Positions 18,198 to 28,437 of a stretch of DNA of 64,000 nucleotides are shown one piece after another. Position numbers and translations under genes: made by a program. Every line of letters starts with the position of its first letter. Position 1 is the first letter of the stretch. The notes below the pieces were generated by a model, which searched no databases, was not told the origin of the DNA, and saw nothing but the letters and a program-made list of their open reading frames with translations. This DNA comes from an uncultured Candidatus Saccharibacteria bacterium (lineage in GTDB: Bacteria; Patescibacteriota; Minisyncoccia; UBA6257; 2-01-FULL-56-20): positions 110,850 through 174,849 of the forward strand of contig OZ246418.1 of the NCBI GenBank assembly GCA_965231155.1, read 5' to 3'.

Positions 18198-19511
18198 ATG
18201 CAACTCAAGAAACCAAAAATTATCCTCCACCGCAAAGAATACCTGAACGCCCTCCGGGTTGGTTGGTTTCTCGCACTTCGTCATCTGAAGCGCTCAAGCA
18301 AGGGAACAACTGGTCTGATCGTCTTTATTATGATTCTGACCTTCCTGAACCTTGTGGTTGTTTCTGGTCTTCTTGTGGGACTCATCACGGGCTCCTTTGT
18401 CCAGTTTAGAGAAAGCTACTCGGGAGATGTCATCGTCACTGCTGCTGCCGGCCGAGACTATATCGAAAACTCACCAGCCCTCGTCTCTTTCCTTGAAAAC
18501 CACCCGGCAGTCAAAGCTGTCTCTCCTCGCTATGCGAGAAGCGTGCAAATCATTGGAACTCTAAACAGAAACCCCAACAAGAATGAACGTCCTAACCAGA
18601 TTGGCGCGCGACTGGTTGGTCTCGATCCCCTAAAGGAGGAATCTGTAACTCGCTTCTCCCGTTTCGTGCAGTATGGAGAACCTCTTCGAGAGGGTGAAGA
18701 AGGATATATTCTGATGGGCGCAAACCTCCTTAAGAAATATTCTTCTTTTGCTGATGCCAATATTCCAGGCATCGACTTTCTTGGCGAGGTAGATGTCGGT
18801 AGCCGAGTACGTGTCGTCATCTCGCGAGAAAATGGTGATCCCATTATTAAAGATTTTATCGCTAAAGGCATTGTGAAGAGTAAGGTTGATGATATCTCAA
18901 CCCGATTCTTTGTCGTAACCAACGACCTCAAACGTCTCCTCCCGAGCAATAAAGAATTAGTCCAGGAAATTGCCGTCACTACTACCGACCCAAACTACGC
19001 CCCAGAACTTGTTCGTCAGATAAAATCCTTCATGGGTTCGAATGCCGCCCGTATCCAGACCTCCGACGAAGCGATTCCTTCCTTCTTACGAGATATCGAA
19101 ACCACTATGGCCGTCCTCGGTAACGCCTTATCTTCTATCGCCTTGGTTGTGGCTTCAATTACCGTCTTTATCGTGGTCTTCATCAATGCAGTCACGAAGA
19201 GAAAATTCATTGGCATTATGAAAGGTATTGGCATTAGTCCATTAGCCATCGAACTCTCCTATATATTCCAAGCCTTCTTTTATGGCGTCACTGGTTCAGC
19301 TATCGGTCTTCTCCTTACCTTTGGTTTTCTCCGTCCCTACTTCATGGCTAACCCAATCGACTTCCCTTTCTCCGATGGTATTCTTGTCGCTACCCCCGAC
19401 GGCGCAGCCATCCGCGTAGCCATTCTTCTCACCATCACGCTTCTCGCTGGCTATATCCCCGCAAAGACGATCGTGAAGAAAAATACCCTAGACTCAATCC
19501 TCGGACGATAA
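18198..19511 (+). CDS. ABC transporter permease, FtsX/MacB-like.
   Basis: 437 aa with N- and C-terminal transmembrane regions around a large extracytoplasmic loop. C-terminal FtsX-like helices (IALVVASITVFIVVFINAVTKRKFIGIMKGIGIS). Adjacent to a MacB-type ATPase. Confidence 0.75.
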   Translation: MQLKKPKIILHRKEYLNALRVGWFLALRHLKRSSKGTTGLIVFIMILTFLNLVVVSGLLVGLITGSFVQFRESYSGDVIVTAAAGRDYIENSPALVSFLENHPAVKAVSPRYARSVQIIGTLNRNPNKNERPNQIGARLVGLDPLKEESVTRFSRFVQYGEPLREGEEGYILMGANLLKKYSSFADANIPGIDFLGEVDVGSRVRVVISRENGDPIIKDFIAKGIVKSKVDDISTRFFVVTNDLKRLLPSNKELVQEIAVTTTDPNYAPELVRQIKSFMGSNAARIQTSDEAIPSFLRDIETTMAVLGNALSSIALVVASITVFIVVFINAVTKRKFIGIMKGIGISPLAIELSYIFQAFFYGVTGSAIGLLLTFGFLRPYFMANPIDFPFSDGILVATPDGAAIRVAILLTITLLAGYIPAKTIVKKNTLDSILGR

Positions 19512-19514
19512 AAT

Positions 19515-20186
19515 ATGATCAAAGCACAAAACATAACCAGAAAATACGGAATCGGAGAACTCGAAGTAACAGCTCTCGATGATATTACTCTCGAGATTAA
19601 AGATGGGGAGTTCGTGGCGGTAGTTGGTTCTTCAGGCGCAGGTAAATCCACGCTCCTCTATCAAATTTCTTTATTAGACGAACCGACTTCCGGAGAGATT
19701 CATATCGGACACATCAATGCCTCCAAACTTAGTCAAGCCGAAAAAACAAAACTCCGCCTCCACGAGTTCGGATATGTCTTCCAGGACTATGCCCTTCTTC
19801 CGGAGCTAACCGCCATAGAAAATGTCGCTCTGCCAATGCTGATGCAAGGACTCTCTCACGCGGGAGCGATCGAGAAAGCCGAAGAAGCATTATCCCGCAT
19901 TGGTCTAGGCGAAAAACTTCAGAATCTCCCCAGTCAACTATCCGGAGGACAACAACAACGCGTCTCAATTGCTCGAGCAATTGCGCATAGTCCTCATATT
20001 CTTTTCGCTGACGAACCAACCGCGAACCTTGATTCAGCAAACGGCCGGATTGTTATGGACGCTTTTTCTGAACTTCACAAGCAAGGACAGACTATCGTCA
20101 TGGTGACTCACGAAGAGGAATACGCCAAACGAGCTCACCGTATCGTCACCCTCAAAGACGGCCGAATAGTTTCTGATAAGAACTAA
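19515..20186 (+). CDS. ABC transporter ATP-binding protein (MacB/LolD-type).
   Basis: GSSGAGKSTLL (Walker A), LSGGQQQRVSIARAI (ABC signature), ILFADEPTANLD (Walker B). Confidence 0.85.
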   Translation: MIKAQNITRKYGIGELEVTALDDITLEIKDGEFVAVVGSSGAGKSTLLYQISLLDEPTSGEIHIGHINASKLSQAEKTKLRLHEFGYVFQDYALLPELTAIENVALPMLMQGLSHAGAIEKAEEALSRIGLGEKLQNLPSQLSGGQQQRVSIARAIAHSPHILFADEPTANLDSANGRIVMDAFSELHKQGQTIVMVTHEEEYAKRAHRIVTLKDGRIVSDKN

Positions 20187-20193
20187 AAACTAG

Positions 20194-20679
20194 CTACTTC
20201 CCATCACCTCCGGCATCTGAGTTCTCAAAAAATACTGAATCGTCATCCTCATCATTCATTGATTCTATAGTCTTCACCCTGCCAGCTCGACGAAACGTTT
20301 TTAGACTAAAGTAAAGAGCAAGAAGAAAGATAACGGCAAGAAGTTGATTGGTCCAAAAAAAGCTTCCCACCGAGCCATAGCGACTATACCAGTCAACCGC
20401 ATAGTCTTCGAAAGTAAGAACGCCACCCACTGAAACAAACACATTGAGAGTTGCAGTCCAAGCGTGACGCGGACTAGTCAATCCGGCAGCCATACCCACC
20501 AATAGAATTGCTAATAAAGAAATAATGAGTGGTTGTCCGATCTCATTGGTAAAGAAAGGGAGCGAGACAATCATAACCAAGGCGGCCAGCACAAACAGCT
20601 TGCGTACTGTGTCTCCGTAATAATGAGATATCTTCTTAGTCATAGTTTCTTTCTTAATCAAACCAACCCTGCAACGCAC
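20194..20679 (-). CDS. Hypothetical membrane protein with an acidic C-terminal tail.
   Basis: 161 aa with four hydrophobic helices; the C-terminus is MNDEDDDSVFFENSDAGGDGK. Confidence 0.45.
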   Translation of the reverse strand: MRCRVGLIKKETMTKKISHYYGDTVRKLFVLAALVMIVSLPFFTNEIGQPLIISLLAILLVGMAAGLTSPRHAWTATLNVFVSVGGVLTFEDYAVDWYSRYGSVGSFFWTNQLLAVIFLLALYFSLKTFRRAGRVKTIESMNDEDDDSVFFENSDAGGDGK

Positions 20680-21109
20680 TCGATTTTGAAGACCAAGCTC
20701 CTAGCCCCCAGACCCGACCAGATCTTGTGGTATACAAAGAAAAGAGAATCGCAGCATAGATAATATGTTCATCAATGATGAACGCATGAGGATTCGGATA
20801 AGGAAAACCAAGCGGGATATAGTAGAGAAGCATAAGCGCAATTCCAAGCAACGAGGAAAGACGCACACCAAGCCCAAAAATTAAAGAAAGGCCAAGAAGG
20901 AATAAACCCCATTCATTCACCATGTTGACGATCGGGAGAACTGACGGGCTAGCTAACCAGGCATAAAAATCAGGGGCAATCTTCGCCCCTCTCAGATATC
21001 CTTCTGCTGACCACGCTGGATTAATTATTTTTGAGAAACCAGCATAGAGATACATTGCTCCTAGGGTAACCCGAAGAACGAAAAGCGATATTTTTTGCGA
21101 GTTTTTCAT
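20654..21109 (-). CDS. DoxX-family membrane protein.
   Basis: LFVLRVTLGAMYLYAGFSKIINPAW... is typical of DoxX. Confidence 0.6.
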   Translation of the reverse strand: MKNSQKISLFVLRVTLGAMYLYAGFSKIINPAWSAEGYLRGAKIAPDFYAWLASPSVLPIVNMVNEWGLFLLGLSLIFGLGVRLSSLLGIALMLLYYIPLGFPYPNPHAFIIDEHIIYAAILFSLYTTRSGRVWGLGAWSSKSSALQGWFD

Positions 21110-21198
21110 TTTGTTATCTTTGACCCAATTATAACAAATTCTATGATTCTTTTCACTTGGGATATAAAAAGGCGCTGTCCATAAGACAGTCGCCAGAT

Positions 21199-21882
21199 TT
21201 ACAAAACTGAACGAAGACGACGAGCTGTTTCCTCGTGAGGCCAGGAAAGCGGTAACGCCACTCCTTCAATGCCCTGCATCGAAGAACGCAGGGAACCCAA
21301 GGGATCTAGCTGAGGGGAATAGAGTGCATATCGGATCTGCCCCTCTGCGCCAATACGCACGGCAAAAGAGTAGCCCTCATGGAAACTGCCTAGTGTCTGA
21401 TTCGCTAGCCAAATCAGATGACTGAGGATACTCGCAAATTGGGCGACTCCATTTTCTGCGAAACCAAGATTACCTCGAGGCAGAATCAGACACTCCCCTA
21501 CACGAGAACCACCCGAAAACACCTCGAAGGTTTCCGTCCTCAACACCAATCTCTCGGTGGAATGGCCGGATGGCAACTGATCCCGAGCGACAACTGCTCC
21601 TCGATACTCCAGCCATGGACACCACTCGACTGACAGTTCGCTAGGAACATGCGAAAAGACGAGCTTTTCAGAAACATCCTCTGAGGTGGTGCTGAGGATC
21701 GCTCGCAGGGCAGCTTCCAGATCCTCGGCTTCTCCCCAGCCAGGAAACTGGCTCCGATCCCAGGATCGACTGCCAACCACCCGACCGGCCAGTACTCCCA
21801 AAGGATTCCACCACCACTCAAGTGGCGCACCAGAAAAAAGTGCCAACTGTTGTCTCATAAAAAACCTCCCATGCTGTCTCAT
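21199..21882 (-). CDS. Hypothetical protein, GC-rich relative to its neighbours.
   Basis: 227-aa ORF with Ala/Arg/Gly-rich composition; no recognised domain. Confidence 0.4.
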   Translation of the reverse strand: MRQHGRFFMRQQLALFSGAPLEWWWNPLGVLAGRVVGSRSWDRSQFPGWGEAEDLEAALRAILSTTSEDVSEKLVFSHVPSELSVEWCPWLEYRGAVVARDQLPSGHSTERLVLRTETFEVFSGGSRVGECLILPRGNLGFAENGVAQFASILSHLIWLANQTLGSFHEGYSFAVRIGAEGQIRYALYSPQLDPLGSLRSSMQGIEGVALPLSWPHEETARRLRSVL

Positions 21883-21923
21883 TTCTAATACTCCTCAGAA
21901 TGCCTGTCAAACCATTGTTTCTT

Positions 21924-21963
21924 AAAAAATAAATACCGCCCTAAGAATAGGACGGTATTTATT
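21924..21963 (-). terminator. Rho-independent terminator downstream of 22008..22214 (minus strand).
   Basis: Hairpin AATACCGCC-ctaagaatag-GACGGTATT at 21932..21959. On the minus strand it is followed by TTTATTTTTTAAG (the plus-strand A-run at 21924..21933). Confidence 0.55.
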
Positions 21964-22007
21964 CGGTTGACTATCACGAGGATAGCGAACCCTAACTAAT
22001 TACTTAG

Positions 22008-22214
22008 TTAGTTTGTTGCAGCTGGGGCAGTCATCGCATCGGTAGCACTGGTGGTGCCTTCGGTGGACGATGTCATAGTCCCATCGGTGGTAGTGGTGGC
22101 GGTAACTGTACCGTCAGTCGTGGTAGTCGCAGGCGTACCGTTCTGCATGTAGAACCAGATCGCCAAAATGACAACCAAAACGACCACAATTCCGATTATT
22201 ACTTTATTGCTCAT
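22008..22214 (-). CDS. Small membrane-anchored Thr-rich protein.
   Basis: 68 aa: N-terminal transmembrane segment (VIIGIVVVLVVILAIWFYM), then a Thr/Ala/Asp-rich tail (TTTTDGTVTATTTTDGTMTSSTEGTTSATD). Confidence 0.4.
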   Translation of the reverse strand: MSNKVIIGIVVVLVVILAIWFYMQNGTPATTTTDGTVTATTTTDGTMTSSTEGTTSATDAMTAPAATN

Positions 22215-22384
22215 CGGGCTATTAGTCTTATTTTTTCAACCTTTACAGTGAGTACATAGTATCATATCCAATATTTTTTGTCTATTTTATCCACACAAAA
22301 AACAATTTTTTATCTAAACTGTCAAAAACTCAATGACCCAATACTCTCCGCTGCTGACAAGCAACACACTATCAATCCCTTCCC

Positions 22385-24745
22385 TCACCCATGACTCAGA
22401 TCCTTAAGATTAATACCCCTATCGCTCAGCTCTTCGAGTTTTTCATCGTGGGAAATACATACAATAGTCAAACGAGAATTTTCGTGATGAAGTTTCTGTA
22501 GTAACTCCCTAACTTCCACCTGAGACTCTCTGTCTAGACCAGATGTTGGTTCGTCCAGGAACATAATTCTTGGTTTTTTGAGAACTGCTCGAACAAGACC
22601 AACTCGAACAAGCTCTCCTCCAGAAAGATAGTGAACGTTTTTCTTATCAAGATCGTGAGATAGATTAGCGAGATTAAACTTTCTAAGAGTTTGAACGATT
22701 TCCTCATCACTGACTTCTCGTCGCGTCCACAGAAGTAAATTCTCTCGTAGTGTCATATCGGGGAAAATTTGTGGCTTTTGATTACTATATGCGAGATGGG
22801 CATAGATTGATTCTGGACCGAAACGTTTAATCTTATCAACCTCGACACCACCGAAAGAAACTGATCCTGCGCTTGGTTCATAAAGCCCAACCATATTCCT
22901 CATAAGTGTTGTTTTTCCAGTACCACTTCGACCATGAATAACCACAAGCTGTCCTTCTGGAATCTCAAGATTAATGTTATGTAAAATGTCTTTATAAGAA
23001 AGATTTTCTATTCGCAATGTGAAATTTGGTAAACGAGACGTAGAAATCCTCTCCTTGTCCATTTCGCCGTCTGGCACATCCAATGCCTCATACTCTCCGA
23101 AAAGCTTTTCCATCCTCCTAACGTTCTGAATATCTGTAGGAAATTCCTGGAGATAAAGACGCATGAGGTCCTCGATTGGTCTCTGTAAGCGTTCCGAGTA
23201 TTGGATATTGGACAAAACAGCGCCAGGGGGAATAACTCCTTCTTGGACCAAGTAAGCACCAACTACCCCTGCTATCACACCGGCGATATCTTTTGGCAAA
23301 ACATCAATAGTGCGAGCCCACGCTTGCAGTTTTTGTCGTTCAGTAATAATTTCATCCACTGCATCAAGATCGTCTTTAAATGTTCGGGCAACCTCTGGAA
23401 GCTCTGGAGAAATTCGTACCTGTTCGTATCCTTCCTGAGTAGCACTTATACGAGTAAGATATTTTGACCTTAATTTCCTCGATCGGCTATGAATTTTCCA
23501 AAACTGACCTCCCCTCTTTTTGGCAATATGCACCATCGCCGGTACTCCCGCTAAACCGATTCCTCCAAGAATTGGATTAACTGAAGTTAAGAATGCAAGA
23601 GATCCAGCAGTGGCAAAAAGCGCTGGCGCCAAACGAGTCACCGTATTCCTCATAATTGCTATAGTTGCCTCTCTTCCCTCTTCAAGCACAGAAAGAATCT
23701 CTCCTTGAGTTTGCTCCTGCATGAATTCAAAATTCTGAAAGAAAAAAGTGTTTGCAATTCGCTCATTAATCTCTTTCCGAATTTTTAATTCCATATCAGC
23801 AACAAGTCGCGATAGCCAGGCCTCTATCCATTCTGGACCACGAGAAAGAGCTGAATATTCTAAAAAAACCTTTATATCAAAATCATTGCCCCCCGGAATC
23901 ATCTTCCCCCATAAAGCAGGAGCATACGATTCCATAAGAGCAACTGTCAGGTGTCCAGTCGCAAGCATACCAGCATCTTTTCGAGAAATATTTCTTCCAT
24001 GCTCCCTCCAAAGATGCGAAATAATATCCAACAAAATCTTTGGACTATAGTCTTCGAAAGAATGACCCCTAAGATCTAAAAACGCTCGAATTTCTGCGAC
24101 AGACAAGGGATATCGTTCAGCAAGACGTTCACTTATTGCCTTATCTTCGTCATCAAGATTCCACCCTTCTTCATCGAATCTTTTCTTTTCTGCCACAATG
24201 TCAGCTTCAACTGTTTTTGCGTTCAACACGTTAGCAACAGCTTGAAAGAACATCCACGATGAAGCTCTTAAATCTTCATCGTCTGTCTCCGAAAAATTTT
24301 TCGATCGTGGACCAACTTCATGAATAAGTTCCGAAATCCAAGATTCAATGGTGCGCACATTGTCTTCACTCTCTATATCAATCCATTCTCTTACTGGATG
24401 GCCCTCACTAATCCGAGATGCATCTCTTAATCTATGCAAGATGCTTTTATAACCTTCAATCAAGCGCGGAGAAACCATCTCCTGAAGGAGGCTTGCTCGT
24501 GTTTGTTCTTCCTGTATCTCAGAATTTCGATTTAGTTTTTCTTCAACAACCTCTCGAAGAAATAAGCCGGTACTTGCAATATCATCTACTACATCAATCG
24601 AATTAACTTCGTGATCTCCTTCGTTTTGAAGCCGACGAGAAAGCATCTCCAAATGACCTCGCACGGAGCGCGAAGGTCGGTCTTCTTTTTCTTTCTGATT
24701 TTCTAAACCTCTCCTTAGCTCTTCAAAAGAATAATTCTCTCTCAT
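22385..24745 (-). CDS. ABC-type protein with a C-terminal ABC ATPase and a long atypical N-terminal extension plus a reduced membrane domain.
   Basis: C-terminus: IHGRSGTGKTTLMRN (Walker A), LSGGELVRVGLVRAV (signature), IMFLDEPTSGLD (Walker B). The first ~300 aa are acidic/soluble. Only a few hydrophobic helices are present (ILGGIGLAGVPAMVHIA, IAGVIAGVVGAYLV). Confidence 0.7.
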   Translation of the reverse strand: MRENYSFEELRRGLENQKEKEDRPSRSVRGHLEMLSRRLQNEGDHEVNSIDVVDDIASTGLFLREVVEEKLNRNSEIQEEQTRASLLQEMVSPRLIEGYKSILHRLRDASRISEGHPVREWIDIESEDNVRTIESWISELIHEVGPRSKNFSETDDEDLRASSWMFFQAVANVLNAKTVEADIVAEKKRFDEEGWNLDDEDKAISERLAERYPLSVAEIRAFLDLRGHSFEDYSPKILLDIISHLWREHGRNISRKDAGMLATGHLTVALMESYAPALWGKMIPGGNDFDIKVFLEYSALSRGPEWIEAWLSRLVADMELKIRKEINERIANTFFFQNFEFMQEQTQGEILSVLEEGREATIAIMRNTVTRLAPALFATAGSLAFLTSVNPILGGIGLAGVPAMVHIAKKRGGQFWKIHSRSRKLRSKYLTRISATQEGYEQVRISPELPEVARTFKDDLDAVDEIITERQKLQAWARTIDVLPKDIAGVIAGVVGAYLVQEGVIPPGAVLSNIQYSERLQRPIEDLMRLYLQEFPTDIQNVRRMEKLFGEYEALDVPDGEMDKERISTSRLPNFTLRIENLSYKDILHNINLEIPEGQLVVIHGRSGTGKTTLMRNMVGLYEPSAGSVSFGGVEVDKIKRFGPESIYAHLAYSNQKPQIFPDMTLRENLLLWTRREVSDEEIVQTLRKFNLANLSHDLDKKNVHYLSGGELVRVGLVRAVLKKPRIMFLDEPTSGLDRESQVEVRELLQKLHHENSRLTIVCISHDEKLEELSDRGINLKDLSHG

Positions 24746-24789
24746 AGACTTGTCCTTAGTATACCTCGTCCAGATAAAGAATTCGAAAA

Positions 24790-24819
24790 TTGTTTAAACC
24801 CAAAACTCAATGATATAAT
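24790..24819 (+). promoter_or_regulatory. Candidate promoter for pepN, probably producing a leaderless transcript.
   Basis: TTGTTT (24790..24795), an 18-nt spacer, then TGa-TATAAT (24814..24819). The ATG is at 24827, about 7 nt after the -10. Confidence 0.35.
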
Positions 24820-24826
24820 CCCGAAT

Positions 24827-27385
24827 ATGACCAAATTGAAATCCTCAGTCCGCCTGCCAGTCCATATCAAACCAGAGCGCTACCGCCTTCTCCTGCGACC
24901 AAATTTTCAGTCCTTTGTTTTTGAAGGTGAAGAAACAATTTATTTCGATCTTCAGAAATCGAGCCGGACAATTGAACTCCATGCCAAAAACTTAGAGGTA
25001 TCTGAAGTGATCTATCGCCACGCCAAAGATCATCATCAAGCGAAAATTAGTTACAACGAAAAAAAAGAGACGGTTATTTTTAGCTTCTCCAAACCGCTCC
25101 CTAAAGGCCAGGGTGAGTTAGACCTCAAATTCAGAGGAATTCTTAAAGATGAGATGCGAGGATTTTATCGAAGTCGCTACCACATAAACGGCGAGGAGCA
25201 CTATTTAGCCACCACCCAGTTCGAAGCCACTGATGCACGTCGTGCCTTCCCTTGTGTTGATGAACCAGCCAGCAAAGCTATTTTTGATGTGACACTTATC
25301 GTACCGACCCACATGCAGGCTATCTCAAACACGATCCCCTCAAGCATTGAGGAGCACGACTCTGGATTCCGACTCGTCCAGTTTGCGCCAACACCGAAGA
25401 TGTCGACCTACCTCCTGGCCTTCATCGTTGGTGAATTCGATTTTATTGAAAAGAAAACTAAAGAAGGGGTTTTGATTCGTGTCTTCGTTACTCCTGGGAA
25501 AAAAGAACAGGCTCATTTCGCTCTGGAGGTTGCCGATAAGACTCTCTCTTTTTATAACCGCTATTTCCAGATTCCCTATCCCTTGCCCGTCCTCGACCTC
25601 ATCGCCATTCCCGACTTTGAGTCTGGAGCTATGGAAAACTGGGGAGCAGTCACCTATAGAGAGTCAGCCCTTTTAGTCGATCCTGAACACTCGTCTAATC
25701 AAAATAAGCAGTGGGTCGCTTTGGTGATTGCTCATGAGCTTGCCCATCAATGGTTCGGCAACCTAGTGACCATGGAGTGGTGGACGCATCTCTGGCTCAA
25801 CGAGGGCTTTGCTTCTTATATAGAATATCTAGCTGTCGATCATCTCTTCCCTGAATGGGATATCTGGACCCAGTTCGTCTACCTTGATCATGGACGCGCC
25901 CTTGAACTTGATGGATTAAAAACAACTCATGCTATCGAAATCGAAGTGAACCACCCCTCGGAGATCGATGAGATTTTCGACGCGGTGAGTTACTCCAAAG
26001 GTGCGAGCGTGATTCGTATGCTTGCCACCTATCTCGGTGAAACTGACTTCCGCAATGGTCTTCGTCACTATCTAAAGACTCATCAGTACGATAATGCCCG
26101 CACCGAAGATCTATGGTTAGCCCTAGAACACATCTCTAAAAAACCGGTTCGTAAACTAATGCGCAGTTGGACGCGTGAGCCTGGCTACCCCCTCCTTACC
26201 GCATACGAGGAAAAGAAAAAACTTGTAGTTCGACAGTCGCGCTTCTATGCTCATCCAAAAATAAATACTACTGATTCTCCGGTCTGGCCAACACCGCTTC
26301 TTATGCGACACAACTCAAAGAAGCAGAACTATGGACTACTCGAAAAGAAGCAGATCCAACTTCCACTCTCCACATCTTGGACGAAACTGAACCCAGGAGA
26401 GACTGCCTTCTATCGGGTGCAGTATGAATCATCTCTCCTCCATCGCCTCAAATCTCCAATTGCCTCAAAAAAACTAAAAGCGGTTGATCGTCTTGGTTTA
26501 GTTCGCGATGCATTTGCTTTGGTGCAGTCAGGCAAAATGCCAACAACCGAAGCCCTTGATCTGGCCTTAGCCTACGAAAACGAGCATGACTACACTGTCT
26601 GGGTCGACCTGACGTCTCATCTGATGACACTTGAAAGCCTACTCTTTGGAGAAAAAGCTTATGAGAACTTCCGAAATTACGGCCGAAACCTGTATACAAA
26701 AATCAGTCGTCACGTCGGTTGGATCGAACGTAAAGGCGAACGACATACCGAAACTTTTTTACGCCCACTCGTCTTAGGCGCAGCTGGTTCTTTTGGAGAT
26801 GAGTCGGTAATTCTGCACGCGAAAAAATTATTCAAGGAGCATCTCCAAGGGAAACCTATTTCACCGAATCTCCGTGGCATCGTCTACCGACTGACCGCAG
26901 AGAACGGCGGAGAAAAAGAATATGAATCCTTCCTCAAGCTCTATCGTAAAGAACCACTTCACGAAGAAAAAAATCGTTTGATGCGAGCCCTGGCAAGTTT
27001 TCCCAGTACAAAACTCATCAACCGCTCTCTTGAGTTCGCGCTTACATTTGAAGTGCGTTATCAGGACGCCCCTAGTCTCTTGGCTGCACTCTGGGCAAAC
27101 CCGCATGGCCGAGAACTGACTTGGAGGTTTGTACAAAAAAACTGGAAAATTATTCAGAAACGCTATGGACACGGACACTCCCTCTCCCGTCTCTTGGGCC
27201 AGTTAGCAGTCTTTACTGATAAAAAATATATTCCCGAGATCAAAGCCTTTTTCAAAAAACACCCCGCACCCAACGCCGCTCGAGCAATTGATCAAGCTAT
27301 TGAACAAATTGAAATTAATCACGCCTGGCGGACCCGAGATGCGAAAAATACGTACGACTGGCTAAAGGAACTGAAACAAAAATAG
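24827..27385 (+). CDS. pepN: Aminopeptidase N (M1 family zinc metallopeptidase).
   Basis: GAMENWG, then HELAHQWFGNLVTMEWWTHLWLNEGFA (HEXXH-18-E zinc site) and the ERAP1-like C-terminal domain. 852 aa. Confidence 0.85.
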   Translation: MTKLKSSVRLPVHIKPERYRLLLRPNFQSFVFEGEETIYFDLQKSSRTIELHAKNLEVSEVIYRHAKDHHQAKISYNEKKETVIFSFSKPLPKGQGELDLKFRGILKDEMRGFYRSRYHINGEEHYLATTQFEATDARRAFPCVDEPASKAIFDVTLIVPTHMQAISNTIPSSIEEHDSGFRLVQFAPTPKMSTYLLAFIVGEFDFIEKKTKEGVLIRVFVTPGKKEQAHFALEVADKTLSFYNRYFQIPYPLPVLDLIAIPDFESGAMENWGAVTYRESALLVDPEHSSNQNKQWVALVIAHELAHQWFGNLVTMEWWTHLWLNEGFASYIEYLAVDHLFPEWDIWTQFVYLDHGRALELDGLKTTHAIEIEVNHPSEIDEIFDAVSYSKGASVIRMLATYLGETDFRNGLRHYLKTHQYDNARTEDLWLALEHISKKPVRKLMRSWTREPGYPLLTAYEEKKKLVVRQSRFYAHPKINTTDSPVWPTPLLMRHNSKKQNYGLLEKKQIQLPLSTSWTKLNPGETAFYRVQYESSLLHRLKSPIASKKLKAVDRLGLVRDAFALVQSGKMPTTEALDLALAYENEHDYTVWVDLTSHLMTLESLLFGEKAYENFRNYGRNLYTKISRHVGWIERKGERHTETFLRPLVLGAAGSFGDESVILHAKKLFKEHLQGKPISPNLRGIVYRLTAENGGEKEYESFLKLYRKEPLHEEKNRLMRALASFPSTKLINRSLEFALTFEVRYQDAPSLLAALWANPHGRELTWRFVQKNWKIIQKRYGHGHSLSRLLGQLAVFTDKKYIPEIKAFFKKHPAPNAARAIDQAIEQIEINHAWRTRDAKNTYDWLKELKQK

Positions 27386-27387
27386 GA

Positions 27388-28428
27388 ATGGTCGAAGGAT
27401 TCTGGAAAAAACTGAAAAAGCCGATTTTTGTGTTGGCTCCAATGGCCAACGTGACTGATGCCGCTTTTCGGCGGATCATCGCGAAATACGGAAAGCCTGA
27501 TGTCACCTGGACGGAGTTTGTTTCCGCCGATGGCTTATTCTCTCCAGGCCGTGAAAAACTTATGATGGATCTTTGGTTTGCTAAACAAGAACGACCAATT
27601 GTGGCTCAGCTTTTTAGCGCTAAACCAGAACTGATGTATCAAGCGGCTCAACTAGCTCAGGAACTTGGTTTTGATGGTATCGATATTAATATGGGCTGTC
27701 CCGACAAGGGTGTCGAAAAACAAGGGGCCGGAGCGGCCTTAATGAAAAATCCGAAGTTAGCGCAAAAGATTATTCAGGAGACACAACGTGGCGCCGGAAA
27801 ACTTCCGGTTTCTATAAAAACCCGCATTGGCTACAACAAGATCGAGCTAGACACCTGGCTCCCCGCTCTCCTTGAAACCGAACCAGCGGCTATCACTTTT
27901 CACCTCCGTACCAGAAAAGAAATGTCCAAGGTTCCGGCTCGTTGGGAACTGATGACTGAAGTAATGGAACTCGTTCAGAAATACGACTCGAGTAGAAATC
28001 GAACACTGATTCTTGGCAACGGTGATGTTGAAAATATTCTTGATGCTAAAGAAAAAGTAAAAATGTATGGCATTGATGGCGTGATGATTGGTCGCGGTAT
28101 CTTTGGTAACCCTTGGTGCTTTGCGAATTCGGTTCGTGCCAAGAACGACGACCGAATTCAGCATCCCGATGAGTCTAGCGAATCGGGATTACCTTCAGTG
28201 TCTCCCCGTGAAAAATTGTCGGTTATGCTTGAACACACAAAACTTTTTTGCGAACTTTACAAGATTAATCCCAAAACCGGCAAAGGACTCAAAGATTTTA
28301 ATGTTATGAAAAAACACTACAAGGCATATGTCAGTGGTTTCGATGGGGCTAAAGAGTTGCGCGTACAACTCATGGAGGCGAAAAATATCGAGGAGATCGA
28401 AGACTTGGTAACTGGTTGGAAATTATAG
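27388..28428 (+). CDS. tRNA-dihydrouridine synthase (Dus family).
   Basis: VLAPMANVTDAAFRRI..., DGIDINMGCP, and a TIM-barrel Dus pattern; 346 aa. Confidence 0.8.
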   Translation: MVEGFWKKLKKPIFVLAPMANVTDAAFRRIIAKYGKPDVTWTEFVSADGLFSPGREKLMMDLWFAKQERPIVAQLFSAKPELMYQAAQLAQELGFDGIDINMGCPDKGVEKQGAGAALMKNPKLAQKIIQETQRGAGKLPVSIKTRIGYNKIELDTWLPALLETEPAAITFHLRTRKEMSKVPARWELMTEVMELVQKYDSSRNRTLILGNGDVENILDAKEKVKMYGIDGVMIGRGIFGNPWCFANSVRAKNDDRIQHPDESSESGLPSVSPREKLSVMLEHTKLFCELYKINPKTGKGLKDFNVMKKHYKAYVSGFDGAKELRVQLMEAKNIEEIEDLVTGWKL

Positions 28429-28437
28429 AAATAAAAA

